DNA from: Octopus vulgaris
Lineage: Eukaryota
Length of the DNA: 64,000 nucleotides
Direction of reading: 5' to 3'
Assembly: GCA_951406725.2 (NCBI GenBank)
Contig: OX597838.1
Span: 310,001-374,000 of the forward strand
Part shown: piece by piece, positions 51,620 to 64,000 of the stretch
Numbering within the stretch: position 1 is the stretch's first letter
Layout of the letters: every line of letters begins with the position of its first letter
Translations under genes and position numbers: made by a program
The notes under the pieces: model-generated
Database searches by the model: none
What the model saw: only the letters and a program-made list of their open reading frames with translations
What the model was told of the DNA's origin: nothing

Positions 51620-52130
51620 TTCTGTAAATAAGAGCCAACAATGAGGTCAGTGATGAATTTAATGTAACGATAGGAGACCAGCAAGGTGCAGTCCTCAGCC
51701 CTCTTCTATTCATCATAATCTCATAGGTTATTATAGAAGTGTTCAAGACCAGCTGTCCATCGAAACTCCAGTATAATGATGATATAATTCTTATAGCTGA
51801 GTCTCTAATGGAATTAGGGAAGAAATTCCAGGCAAAAACCTAGAATCTATAGGATGCAAGGTAAACTTAGTAACGACTAAGTTATTAGTAGGTAGGAATG
51901 AAGACAGGACTGAAGTTTCACCAGGGAGATGGCCTTACTCAAAACACAGAAAAGGAGTAAATATAAAGCCTAAATACTGTGCCTGGTGTAAGCAATGAAC
52001 ACACATGAGGTATGGTGGAATCACAGAAAGGCTAACAAGGAAGACAGGCTTTGAGTGTGGGGGAAGTACTGGAGCAATATACACTAAGAAAACATTAGAA
52101 ACAGAAACACTTAAATGCCATTTTGGTTCC
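51620..52130 (+). mobile_element. Decayed RTE LINE RT fragment
   Basis: GDQQGAVLSPLLFII...YNDDIILIAES, homologous to 26420-27950. Confidence 0.65.
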
Positions 52131-52356
52131 CTTTCATATAATCAAGCTTTGATAATATAGAATGGCCATGAGAGATCATATAACATTTGTAACATTCGTA
52201 GTTTCCAAAGGCATGAGGGTTGTGATAAACCAAGGGGTACGTTAACCCTATCAGCCATGACTGCTGCCGAAACCAGTATTGTGCTATGGTGCTATTAAGT
52301 CTCTACACATCTGTCACTTCAAATGCAAAATTGTAAGAGATTGATTATCAACTAAC

Positions 52357-52389
52357 CTTTAATGCCCTTTCTATAACTGATTCAATGTC
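52357..52389 (-). CDS. TATDN3: TATDN3 exon 2
   Basis: ttgcag|GACATT...TTAAAG|gttagt. Encodes DIESVIERALK. Confidence 0.85.
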
Positions 52390-54978
52390 CTGCAATAATA
52401 AAAATAGATTTTATTAATAAATTCAGAGTGTGATAACAGAATCATTTGAAAGCTATCATAAATAGCACACCACACTAGACCCCTTATGCTTTGTATTTTA
52501 TCAATTTCTTACTTGTTAGAGATAGAATGACATTTAAAAATATTCAGACCTATTCTTAAAGGAGTTTGTACAAGTAATTTGGTTTTAGCCAAGTATCAAT
52601 ACCCTAACCCTTGCCAATTCAACTCAAAGGATGCACTCACTTAAAATAAACAGATTTGAAATTCTTCACACAAAATACAGCAGTTTATTATAACCCTCAA
52701 TATAAACTGAACCTCATAACCACTGCAAAGACACAAACTATTGAGAACTAGGTGAGAAATGAACTCACACTTTCAGGATAACACTCCAATATCTTAATAC
52801 AATGCTACATTTAAAGTCCCCCCAGAAATCATGTTTGACTTAACAATAAATGGTTATAATGGCCAACACAGAGGACAAATGAAGACTTTTACAGTAATTT
52901 CATCTTCTTTAGTTCTTTTAGTTCACCAGGGTTAGTAACATATATACAAATAATTAAATCAACTGTCCTCTCTCCTTTCTATAAATACATCTACATAACA
53001 TGGATATTTGTCAACCTGCTGATAGATATTTTATTCATGTAATTTCAGTTTGTATAAAAGACAAAAAAAGCGTAAAAATGAATCAGAATTTTATGTAATA
53101 GGATGTCTAATGCCTATAGATTTCTCTCTTTAACTTTTGGCTTCTCTATTTGTGAACTTTTCATATTTATTCTTCTGTTGACATGGTTCCATACAATAAA
53201 CAATTATTCCTTACATATCTCCCCAAAGTAACTTAGCAACTCTGTTTCTGAAGTTAAAGCCATCAAATCTTATCCAACCATGACCATTTATTTTTAGGGC
53301 ATCCTAAACTGGTGGATGGGGGGAGGGGGTAGAAGTTATTCTCAGAGAGGTGTGATTGCTTGCAACGGAATGTACTCTAAGGAAGTTATCCAAGAGTCAT
53401 ACTGAGGTGTTAAACTGACAAACAGATTAAGTTTACATCCAGGATGAGGAACAGTCCATTCTAACAAACCTCCATACAACATCATGCATAAAGCTCAATG
53501 TTATGGTAGAAGACATTTCCAAGATACTGTGCAGAACAATAACTGAACAAAATGTGCAGCTGGTATCGAAATATGGCTGAATGTTCCTGCATAAATGAAC
53601 GTAAATATATCTACATCTACCTTTAATTACCTGCGTGTGTGTCTTTCACTTCTCAAGATGCTAGGCTGTGTGATGTGAGGGGGATTTGGCTGCTATTTTT
53701 CCATTCAAAATTGCAAGCTTTTGGGGCTTTTTGTTTTTTTATTTCAATTTATAATTTTTATTTCTTTCCAACAGCCATTATAATTCCTGCATGTTAAATC
53801 TGAACATTTAAAAATTCTTTAGTTTGTTTTAGGGTTAGTGAAAAGGGAAATTTGACAAGACAGTCAGTCGCCCGTCGACACTATATCGAAGAGGCCAGGG
53901 AACAGAAGGAGAAAGACATGCACTCAACACCAGAGCTGAAGACACCTCCGAAACATGGTTGAAATTCCTCGACTATACTGAAGCACGGCCTTCAATGACA
54001 ATCAGGTATATTATGGTTTCCAAAGATTTCAGACACTTTCCAGTTAGCAAAGCAATTAGGATTATAAGACTATGTGGGTAGAAATGACTGTGATCGCACG
54101 ATTTGCTAGAAATAGCAGCTAAATTTCCCTCAAATCACGCAATATTTTCTTTAAAATGGTTTAGACAACGTAGTCATGAATATACAAAAAGATGAGATGA
54201 TCACGACTGAAATACTTTTGATCATAAATCTATTCGGTCATCAGCGACCCAGGGCTAAACAGCAATAAAACAATACAATTACACAGAATGGGAAACCAGC
54301 TGTGTAAATGCTGCTGGACTTGTGTGGGAGGTAAAAGTTTTTCATCATTTAAATCACACACATCATAAAAAAAAAAGTGGGGGGCACTGGATAATGTAGT
54401 ACAGGGTTCACTAGGGGTTAAAACCCAGGAGTACCAAGGGTGGAATGACTTATTAAAATTCTAAAAAGGAGCAAAACAAAGGAAGCGGTGTACGCTGAAA
54501 AAGTACTATCATAAAATTATGACCGGGTTTAGAAGAATAGAAAAAAGGTTATAACAAGTAGGATTGCCTGAATATTTCTACAATATAGTGTCTCCATTTT
54601 CATTCCTCGTCGATATTTAGAAGTATTTAAAGCATGCAGTGAAATAATAGTGAGATGGGGAGAACAATTAAATCAATTTGGCGCGTCGGGAATTCCTTGT
54701 CAACTTCAATGAATGGAAAGTTACGTCTAAGAGCGGAATATTTTAACAAAGCAAAATGAATCCAAATAAATCTTGGTACGAGAAAGTAGAATCGTTTATT
54801 AAACAGACCTAAGTATATGACTGGGATTTATTTTCCATAGAATGGAAAGAAAAGTAAAAACTGATGGAAAGCAATCATTTAAAAACCTCTTTCCTAGCTT
54901 TAGGTTATAAATCAGGAAATCTATCTGTAAATATTTAAATCCTTCCCTAAATTATTACAGATGTCATAATGTTCTTAC

Positions 54979-55047
54979 ATTGGTAAACTGCGAGTCTGCC
55001 AGATGACAATGAGCATCGATACAGAACAAAGAAGGGTCGCCAGCCAT
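54979..55047 (-). CDS. TATDN3: TATDN3 first coding exon (TatD family nuclease)
   Basis: Encodes MAGDPSLFCIDAHCHLADSQFTN|gtaag, with the TatD DxHxH motif. Confidence 0.93.
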
Positions 55048-55115
55048 GTTGGCGGGAGTAATCACGTGAGTGACGTATTGCGGTCGGATTGGCTGAACCG
55101 GTTGAGCGCAGGAGA
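55048..55115 (-). promoter_or_regulatory. TATDN3 proximal promoter
   Basis: CpG-rich patch directly upstream of the ATG: GGCGGGA, CACGTG (E-box), TGACGT (CRE-like) and ATTGG (CCAAT on the minus strand). Confidence 0.55.
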
Positions 55116-55216
55116 AACACATTTCAATATTTAGTTGATGTTCTGAGTTCAAATCTCTTGCGGTGAAGTCTGATCTTCGTTTTTTGCAAGGGCAGCTGTT
55201 ACAGCGCAGATATTTT

Positions 55217-55615
55217 GGAAGACTTCCGCCCGTCCACCCACTCCCATTTTCTCCTAAATTTGTTTATTAAAAGAATTTTTTTTGCCTAAACGGAGGTACT
55301 GGAAAATTGCCAAAAATCGGCATCGTTAAATTCCACCCCCTTTCCCCCACAAATTCTTCAATTTTGACTTTTTTCACCAACCCTAACCATAACTACAGAA
55401 ATGTTTGGAAATTTTTTTCAGAATTATTATCTCCGTATTTTTCTGCATATTTTGAAAAAAAAATTTTAATGAGGGAAATGGGGAGGGGGGGTTAAAATGC
55501 CGATTTTTGCCATTTTTGCAGATTCGTATTCCCCGAAGCCGAAAAGTGGGGTTTGTGTCAAAAAAAAAAAAAATTTTAACGGATGGTGGGAGGGGGGGCG
55601 GACGGAGGTCTTGCC
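55217..55615. mobile_element. Degenerate foldback/MITE-like element
   Basis: Outer inverted repeat GGAAGACTTCCGCCCGTCC / GGGCGGACGGAGGTCTTGCC. Inner inverted repeat CAAAAATCGGCAT / ATGCCGATTTTTG. Confidence 0.55.
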
Positions 55616-56375
55616 TATATTTCAAACTCAATCTAGCATTTTTTTTCTTAATATAAAGGTTTCGGGTTATTTGTGTTTTGGACATGAGATTCAGAATCTA
55701 TAAAATGAATAATAATAATAATAATAATAATGATTTCTTTATTAACCACATTAAGAAAAACATTATGGACAGTACAGGACAAAACAAAGAATGTGTGTGT
55801 GTGTGTGTGTTGTGAGGGTTTTGCATGTAAACAAGATGAACAAAAATTTTTTTTAAAAAGGAAGAAAGAAAGAAATCAACAATGTGTAACCCTCAAGAAA
55901 AGGGAGACGTTCAAGGGCTGCTCTTGGAAAAACTCCATAAAAAATCATGGGTAACCTGACTTTTGGCTTAGATGCCTTTTTCCCTTTCGGAGTGCGTGTG
56001 TGCGAGTACAGTGATGGATTTGAGAGTTTTGTTTCTTTATGCAGTGATTTCTTATTTTCACTGGAGCATAAAACCTACAATGGTGATACTTAAAAAAAAA
56101 AAATTTTAATCAAACTTTAAAATTTCCTGATAACCAAATGGTCATTATTTATATCCCACAACGAACTACAGTACGTTTGATTCACCTGCCATCATTGAAA
56201 GACGCTGAAAACACTTGAATTCTATGCAATATTTTCTATAAGGATTTCATTTTGTTCACTTTCTTTTGCATATGAATCAACCTTCATCTGTGTGTGTATA
56301 GATCATGGTGTACTTATGTGTGTAGACGTGTGAGTACATACATAAATACATGCTATTTTTATATATAGTGTGATG

Positions 56376-57368
56376 CTCTGAGAGTGTTATCACTAGAATA
56401 AGAATAGCCTGGGCAAAGTTTAGAAAGTTTCTGCCCCTACTGGTGACAAAGAGCCTCTCACTCAGAGTGAAAGGTAGATTGTATGATGCATATGTGTAAA
56501 CTGCCATGCTTCATGGTAGTGAAACATGGGCTGTGACTGCAGAGGACATGCATAGGCTTGAAAGAAATGAAGCTAGCATGATCCGCTAGATGTGTAATGT
56601 CAGTGTGCACACACGACAGAGTGTAAGAGCCCTGAGAGAAATACTGGACATAAGAAGCATTGGATGTGGCATGCAGGAGAGACGTTTGCACTGGTATGGT
56701 CATGTACTGCGGATGGATGAGGAGAGATGTGTGAAGTGCCACTCTCAAACAGTTGAAGGAATCCGGGGTAGAGGTAGACCCAGGAAGACATGGGATGAGG
56801 TGGTCAAGCATGACCTTTGAACATTGGGCCTCATAGAGGCAATGACGAAAGACCAAGACCTCTGGAGATATGCTGTGACTGTGAAGACCCAGCAAATAAA
56901 GTGAGTTCATGACTATCCTACACCAGTTTCACATAACCAGCCCCAGCCCATCCAAAAGTACCTTGGACCGTAGAGTGACCTGCTGTGCTTGAGAAGACCT
57001 ATTGAGTCAAGTGCATCAACATCAAAATGAAAATTGTAGTTCTGATACCTGTGCCAGTGGCACGTAAAAAGCACCATCCGAACGTGGCTGATACCAGCGC
57101 TGTCTTGACTGGCATCCATGCCAGTGGCATGTAAAAAGCACCAACTGATCATGGCCGTTGCCAGCCTCCTCTGGCCCCTGTGCTGGTGGCATGTAAAAAG
57201 TACCCACTATACTCACGGAGTGGTTGGTATTAGGAAGGGCATCCAGCTGTAGAAACACTGCCAGACTGGAGCCTGGTGCAGCCTCCTGGCTTCCCAGACC
57301 CCAGTCGAACTGTCCAACCCATGCCAGCATGGAAAACAGACGTTAAACGATGATGATGATGATGATGA
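56376..57368 (+). mobile_element. 5'-truncated RTE LINE with (GAT)n tail
   Basis: RIRIAWAKFRK...HGSETW...RRLHWYGHVLRM...GRPRKTWDEVVKHDL. 3' UTR ends in GATGATGAT. Confidence 0.88.
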
Positions 57369-60300
57369 TTGACCAAGAGACTGCTGCCGTACTGTAAACA
57401 CTAACCTGTTGTGCTGTTCCGAGTTAAGGCAGTTTGTTAAAACCTGATTGCAAGGTCATTGTTCAGCATTTTGTTCAGCAGGGACATCAAGCAACAGGAT
57501 GGACAGGTCAGTGTCTGAAACTTTGAAGTTGCTGTCACCCCTCTTCTTATAAAAGTAGAAAGATAATAATGCAAGAGAGTTAGTATTAGTAATAATTACA
57601 GGTTAATAAAGTTTTAATTGAGCAAAAAATTACTTTTTCAATGAAACAAAGTATTATTTATATTATAAACATGTAGAATCCGTAAATGTGCACAAAATTT
57701 CCTAGTTGTGCTCTATTCTACGTCTACAATAAAACTATAATTAATTCGGTTTAATTAATCTTAGTAATCACTAATATCAAATGATGATTTCTTTGTAAGT
57801 TGTGGGAAGAATGTAGTAGTTTGTTTCTATGTGAACCTTTTTTGTTGGTTATAGACAGGTTCAACAAGTTTACCAATATTTATTTATTTTACACCTGTGA
57901 AAACAATAGGAAATTAGAAGGTAATTACATCATCATCGTTTAACGTCCGTTCTCCATGCTAGCATGGGTTGGACGGTTCGACCAGGGATCTGGGAAGCCA
58001 GAAGGCTGCACCAGGCTCCAGTCTGATCTGGCAGTGTTTCTACAGCCGGATGCCCTTCCTAACGCCAACCACTCCGTGCCAGGCGAGGCTGGCAACGGCC
58101 ACAGTCGGATTGGTGCATTTTACGTGCCACCGGCACGGAAGCCTGTCGAAGCGGCACTGGCATTGGCCACGATTTGGATGGTGCTTTTTACGTGCCACCG
58201 GCATGGAAGCCAGTCGAGGCGATGCTGGCATCGGCCACGATTCGGGTAGCGCTTTTTATGTGCCACCGGCTCAGGGATCACAACTGCAGTTTCCAATGAT
58301 TTTGATGTCAGTGTACTTGACTCAATGGATCTCCTCAAGCACAGGGTCGAAGTGGTGTTTCTTCACTTGCCACCTGCACAGGAGTCAGTCCAGCGGTCCT
58401 GGCAACTGCCGAGTGCCAGTCATAGGATTGGTTCAATTTCGATTCCGATTTCACTTGCCCCAACAGGTCTTCGCAAGCAGAGTTTAGTGTCCAATGAAGG
58501 GAGGTTGGCATGGGTGCAATTACAAATACTTAGTTCATTTTCGCAAATTAAGGTGTTTAATTTATACCTAATTAACCTTTAATGCAACGTATAAGTAAAC
58601 ATGGACTTCGATGTGTGTCTAACATCAATATATTGATTAATATTGAAAATGTTAGAAATCAAAAGGTGACTTACAGGTAAATGTTTTAAAAAATCATTAA
58701 ATTTTCTGCTTTAAAATCTAAATTTCCATAATTGTTTTTAAAATAATAATATAGTTATCTCAATTGTCTGAGAACGAATCAAGATTTTGAGAAGGAATAA
58801 AGTAAAATGGATTTTAAAGACAACTGTTTTGTTAATAATGGTTCCAAATGTTGCCACAATGGCAGCAATTTTGTGAAAGGAGGGTGAGTCTATTACATTG
58901 ACCTCAGAGTTCATCTCGTATTTATTTTATTAACCCCTAAACCCTACCCCTCCGACACTCTTTGTCCCTGTCTCCCACTCCCTCCCATTTCTCTTTCTCT
59001 CCCCTTTACATCTCTCTCTCTTCTAATAATCAACAATTATTTTATCAAACCCTTCTTTTACTCCTGATTTCACAATTTAACACAGGTCAGCATATTTCTT
59101 GTATTATTCGATCCTTAATGGTTCCAGGTTCAGTCCTACTGCATGGTAACTTGGGCAAGTGCCTTCTACTAGAACATCAGGTCAACCAAAGCCTTGTGAG
59201 TGAATTTGGTAGATGGAAACTGAAAGAAACCTGTCATATATATATGTGTGTGTGTCCCACACCACTGCTTGATAACTGGTATTGGGGTATTGATGTTCCC
59301 AGAACTTAGCAGTTTGACAAAAGAGTCCAATAGAATAAGTACCTTTGCTGATATTGTTCCTTGGTTTATTTGCACATATAAAATAAATCTGAATTTTCCA
59401 AAGGAAATTAAATAAAATCCTGCTACCTCCATCCACTACTCTTGAGAGGGCGGTTGGGGTAGAGTCCTTAGGTACATCCTCCATAGGGTCTTTTAATCAG
59501 AAGCAATGATTTAAAAAGGATTTCATTTCCTTAGAAAACATTCAAGGAATTTTTTTTGTTTTTAAAATAAACATTAGTTTTGACTAATCTTTCTTTTTAT
59601 ATTATTCTGTACACAACTAAGGGTGCTTTATATATAAATATATACACATATATATATACCACAGCAGAGGAATCAAAGAGTTTGGTGTCTAAAATCCTTA
59701 CACAATGAAAAACACTGTATTAGTTTCATTTAATGACTATAATCTCTCTCTCTTGCTTTACAGGGAGTTTACTGCATCTCACTGGACATGTTCGATGGAC
59801 TAAGAAAAGTCTAAATGGCAAAATGTCGGCTCAGCTGCAGATATCTAACCATTTCAGTCAAAAACGGATCAATGTTCCGGTTATCTTAAAGAAAAGACCT
59901 GATCCATTGACACAACGAAAGCCATGCTGGATGTTGTGGCAGAAATCCTATTCTCAACTGGCTTTTCTATAATGGACAAATTGCATGTTAGCAAAGTAAC
60001 AAAGTGTGGCATCTTGTAATTGTAAGGTATTGGTTCCTGGATATATCGATTTGTTCTGCTGGGATTCTTTATTTGTACCTTTGATCTGAGGGTGAGATAT
60101 TACTCAATATAAGTAAAGGACATCGCCCACTCAAATTGTAAAATATAGTTACACATATTATCATCATCGTTTAGCGTCCGCTTTCCATGCTAGCATGGGT
60201 TCGACGGTTCAACTGGGGTCTGAGAAGCCAGAAGGCAGCACCAGGCCCAGTCTGATCAGGCAATGTTTCTACGGCTGGATGCCCTTCCTAACGCCAACCA

Positions 60301-60691
60301 CTCCATGAGTGTAGTGGGTGCTTTTTATGTGCCAGACGAGGCTGGCAAACGGCCACGATCGGATGGTGCTTTTTACGTGCCACCGGCACGGAGGCCAGTC
60401 GGGGTGGCACTGGCAACGGCCACGTTCGGATGGTTCTCTTACATGCCACCGGCACTGGTATCACAGCTACAATTTCCATTGATGTTGATTGATTTCGATT
60501 TGATTTGATTTTCACTTGCCTCAACAGGTCTTCACAAGTAGAGTTTTGTGTCTCAAGAAGGAAACGTATGCATAAGTGGACTGGCTACATCCCAGGTAGA
60601 GGCCACGGGTTATGGTCTCACTTGTTGTGCCGGGTCTTTTCATGCACAGCATACTTCCAAAGGTCTTGGTCTCTAGTCATTTCCTCGGTGA

Positions 60692-60741
<50 letters not shown>

Positions 60742-62055
60742 CTGAAGTTCATGCAAGTTGATCACATACATTTTGAAAGTGGAAATCAAAAATACTAGTT
60801 TCTCTTTCTCTCTCTTTCACACAAGATATGAAATTTTCTTTCAATATACTAAATCTACTTGTTCCTGAATAATATGTTCACAATGTTTGGTGAACATGTT
60901 CAATTTTATGCATCAATAAACAATAAACCCCAGAAAAAAAACCAAAAACATTTAAAATGTTTTCTTTATTTCTGACTTACATCAATCCTGGTGCTTGACT
61001 GATAGTCATTTGATCAAAGAATGAAAGACAAAAGTTGATCTCAGCAGAATCTGAGGAAGAAATGCCGCTAAGCCCTTCACCCAGTCAGCTAATGATTCCG
61101 CCAGCTTGCTGCCTTAAACACCAGCTTAATAAGGAAACTTAGTTTTTTAAATTCTTTATTTGCAAAATCGATTGAAACAAAATGTGAGAACGACAGACTA
61201 GATGCCTTGTGGTATTTATTCCTTCTCTTTGTGTTCTGAGTTCAAATCCAACTAAGGCCTACGTTGCCCAGTTTAACACCATACCCACCACCTGACACTG
61301 TTGCAAAGGGTTAGACCAGGACTCTAGTCCTCCTCCCTCCCACCAGTATGGATGGCCCTGTGAAGGCTCATAGGCATGGTCCCTCCCGACAAAACAAGAA
61401 ATAGTCAAGCATGGCCGTGTAGTTAAGAAACTTGCTTTCTATCCACATGGTATCAGGCTCATTTCCATTGCATTGCACCTGAGCCAAGTGTCTACGATTG
61501 TAGCCCCAGGCCAATCGATGCCTTGTAATGGAAACTATGTGGAAGCCTGCTATAAGTGTTTGTCTCCCCACATAACTTGACAACCAGTGTTAGTTTGTTT
61601 ACACACCTAACTTAGTAATTCATCAAAAGAGACTGATAGAATAAGTACTGGACTAGATTTGTATGATGAGAATCTGCTGTGGTTGTGCCCAAGCATGGCC
61701 ACAGTGCAATGACCAAAACAGGATAAATATAGTCAATGAGTATGATCGAGTATTTCTTAAATTTTATTAATAAACTAAATTCTGTCATTTGGTTTTAACA
61801 GCAACCGAAGAGAAAGTTTGTTCAACTAGAATCGAAATATCTCCCAAGAATTCAAAAATAAAATGAAGAACATTGTCATAAAAAGAAATTGTCAGTGATT
61901 ATAATGAGGAAAATGAAAGAGGGAACCAATCGTTTATCCACACTGGTCAGATGGGGAATACAGAAGAAGACATTTGCCCAAGAGGCTGTGGATTGGGACT
62001 AAACCGAAAACCACATGGTTGTAAAACAAACTGACTGTTCTTTTTTTTTTATACA

Positions 62056-62322
62056 TTAGCTAGAAATGTTCTCTTCTGGGTTCACGAGATCCTCATTAAT
62101 TAATGGCACAGTGGAACAACCACTGCTTCCTATCAGTGTATCAAATATTTCGTAACAGACGGAATTACGTCCAGTAAAGGATTTGATGCAGCATTCCATC
62201 ATCGGCAAATTCTGACCGTTTCCCTCACTTGAATGGATTCTCTCCAAGCAGCTTCTAACTTTATTCACAGCTTCTGCATCTGATATAAATTCCAATGGGG
62301 TTATGTTATTGAAGAATTTCAC
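62056..62322 (-). CDS. Terminal coding exon of an unidentified gene extending beyond the window
   Basis: tttcag|GTGAAA...TAA. Open frame VKFFNNITPLEF...MMECCIKSFTGRNSVCYEIFDT..., non-repetitive and protein-like in composition. Confidence 0.65.
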   Translation of the reverse strand: MKFFNNITPLEFISDAEAVNKVRSCLERIHSSEGNGQNLPMMECCIKSFTGRNSVCYEIFDTLIGSSGCSTVPLINEDLVNPEENISS

Positions 62323-64000
62323 CTGAAATATTAAAATATTCAATTATAAAGAACAGAAGCAAAACGTATTTCTTCAAAAATATAAATAATTTAATAAAGT
62401 AAATTTCTTAAAACCTACATTAAAAAAAAAACCTGAATATATATACTACATACTTGGTTACATTTTGGCCAAAAATTGGTCCAGGCAATGTTTAACTTTA
62501 AAAGCACCACCTAATAGAATCTGCTTAGCATTTAGATTTCTATGTCAAATCTAATACTTATTTATTGCCATTGTTTTGAATTAATCCTGCTTTATCTCAT
62601 AGCTTCAAGATTTCAATGATGTGATTGCGCATTTTTATTTTGCAAAGAACATTGATGGATAGGTGTAAGAGGCCAGATCTGGTCAGTTTGAACATAAAAC
62701 AGAATATTTTAGTTAGATCTGGCCAGTTTAATTGCTTAAAAGCTTAGGTAATTTTGAAGTCAAGTTTTGTGGGATCATGGCCCATTCGAGTGGGGAGTTG
62801 TTGACTGAGGTGTATCCAGGTGTCCATGGCTTACTTGGCATCCCTTGAAGAAATTTGTACAGATATCGTTTGAAGGTAAATTTGTTTTGGGATCATGTTA
62901 AACAGGGAAAGGCCTGTTGAGGGAAAGTAATCATGTTGCAGTGTATTTATGTTTTGTGACAGCCCCATAAAGAAATGCTGATCTCCCAGAGTGGATGGAT
63001 CTCGTGGAAGAGGGAGACCCAGAGGGGACAAAATACTGAAAGACGACCTCAGGACATTGAACCTCTCAGACAAGATGACAAAGGGCTGAAATATCTGGTG
63101 CCTTGCTGTACACATGAAGACTCATCCTGCACAGCAGAAGTGTTAAGCCCAACCCCACCCCACTGGGATGGGGAAAATGATTCGCTGGCATGAGTCCTGT
63201 GACAGTGCCACATTAAAAGCACCCAGTGCCACTCTGTAAAGTGGTTGGTGTTAGGAAGGGCATCGAGCCATAGGGGCCATGCCAAATCAGACTGGAGCCA
63301 GGCACAGTGCCCCAGCTGACCAGCTCTGGTCAAACCATCCAACCCATGCCAGCATGGTCAATAGACATTAAATGACGATGACGAGTGTGCAAGTGATGTA
63401 GCGCTTAGTGTGGGGCTGGAGAGAAGAGAGTTTCAATATCTTAAGATGGTCCCTAGAATCAAGATTGGTCATATTTTTGTAATTGCTCCCTGGGGTCTCT
63501 CAGTTCTCCATAATATGTAAACCCACTAAATTACAAGCTATTTGTGGTGCCTCGATATAGTCACTCAATCTGCTAGAAATAGCAAACAAAGTTCTTTCAA
63601 ATCACACTAGTATCTTAAAACAAATTGATACATTGGATAGTACAGCTGCAATATACAACTCTGACCTATGGTCAGTTTGACCAGTGCTGGCCTCATTTAA
63701 ACAACATTGAATTCCTTCTTCCCAATATATTAAAAGTGACCAGTGGTTTTATCCTAAGCAGAGATAAGACAGCGAGGATGTAGAACTAATATACTATTGG
63801 GGTCCAGCAGCGAGCAGGAAGATGGGTGTGCTTTAGAGTGGAGGGGCCAGGAAAGGGGGTTGGCATTTTTTTTTTCTTTTTCTATTTTGATACTTCAATG
63901 GCTGTGGTTTCAGGTTCAACTCCACAGCGCACCATCTTGAGCAAGTTTCTTCTACTACAGCCTTAGGCCAATCAAAGCCTTGTAAATAGATTTGGTAGAT

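Noticed and set aside
58060-58420. CRISPR-like repeat/spacer appearance
   Set aside because: The context is eukaryotic, there are no cas genes, the spacers are related to each other, and the modules are part of the RTE LINE 3' UTR.

Overview
Eukaryotic, AT-rich, repeat-dense genomic DNA. The SINE, RTE and microsatellite content looks like a coleoid cephalopod, probably Octopus (inference). Spliced genes were rebuilt by hand from GT-AG exons with consistent phases: the 3' part of a GLT1D1-like glycosyltransferase (+, 1087-10855), complete DENR (-, 12773-19704, 185 aa), complete TATDN3 (-, 31357-55047, 276 aa) and the last exon of an unidentified gene (-, 62056-62322). Introns and intergenic DNA hold Helitrons, a piggyBac-type element, MITEs, a mariner relic, RTE LINE 3' ends, a Penelope-like RT relic, tRNA-derived SINEs and a 5S rRNA pseudogene. 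The main finding is a near-perfect tandem array of 360-bp units (31588-33687) in the last intron of TATDN3. Each full unit carries a type I hammerhead ribozyme fold on the same strand as TATDN3. The array also has a Penelope-style inverted 5' segment, a 43-nt 3' tail and (TA)n flanks. It is a candidate retrozyme (ribozyme-processed circular-RNA retroelement) embedded in a host pre-mRNA.
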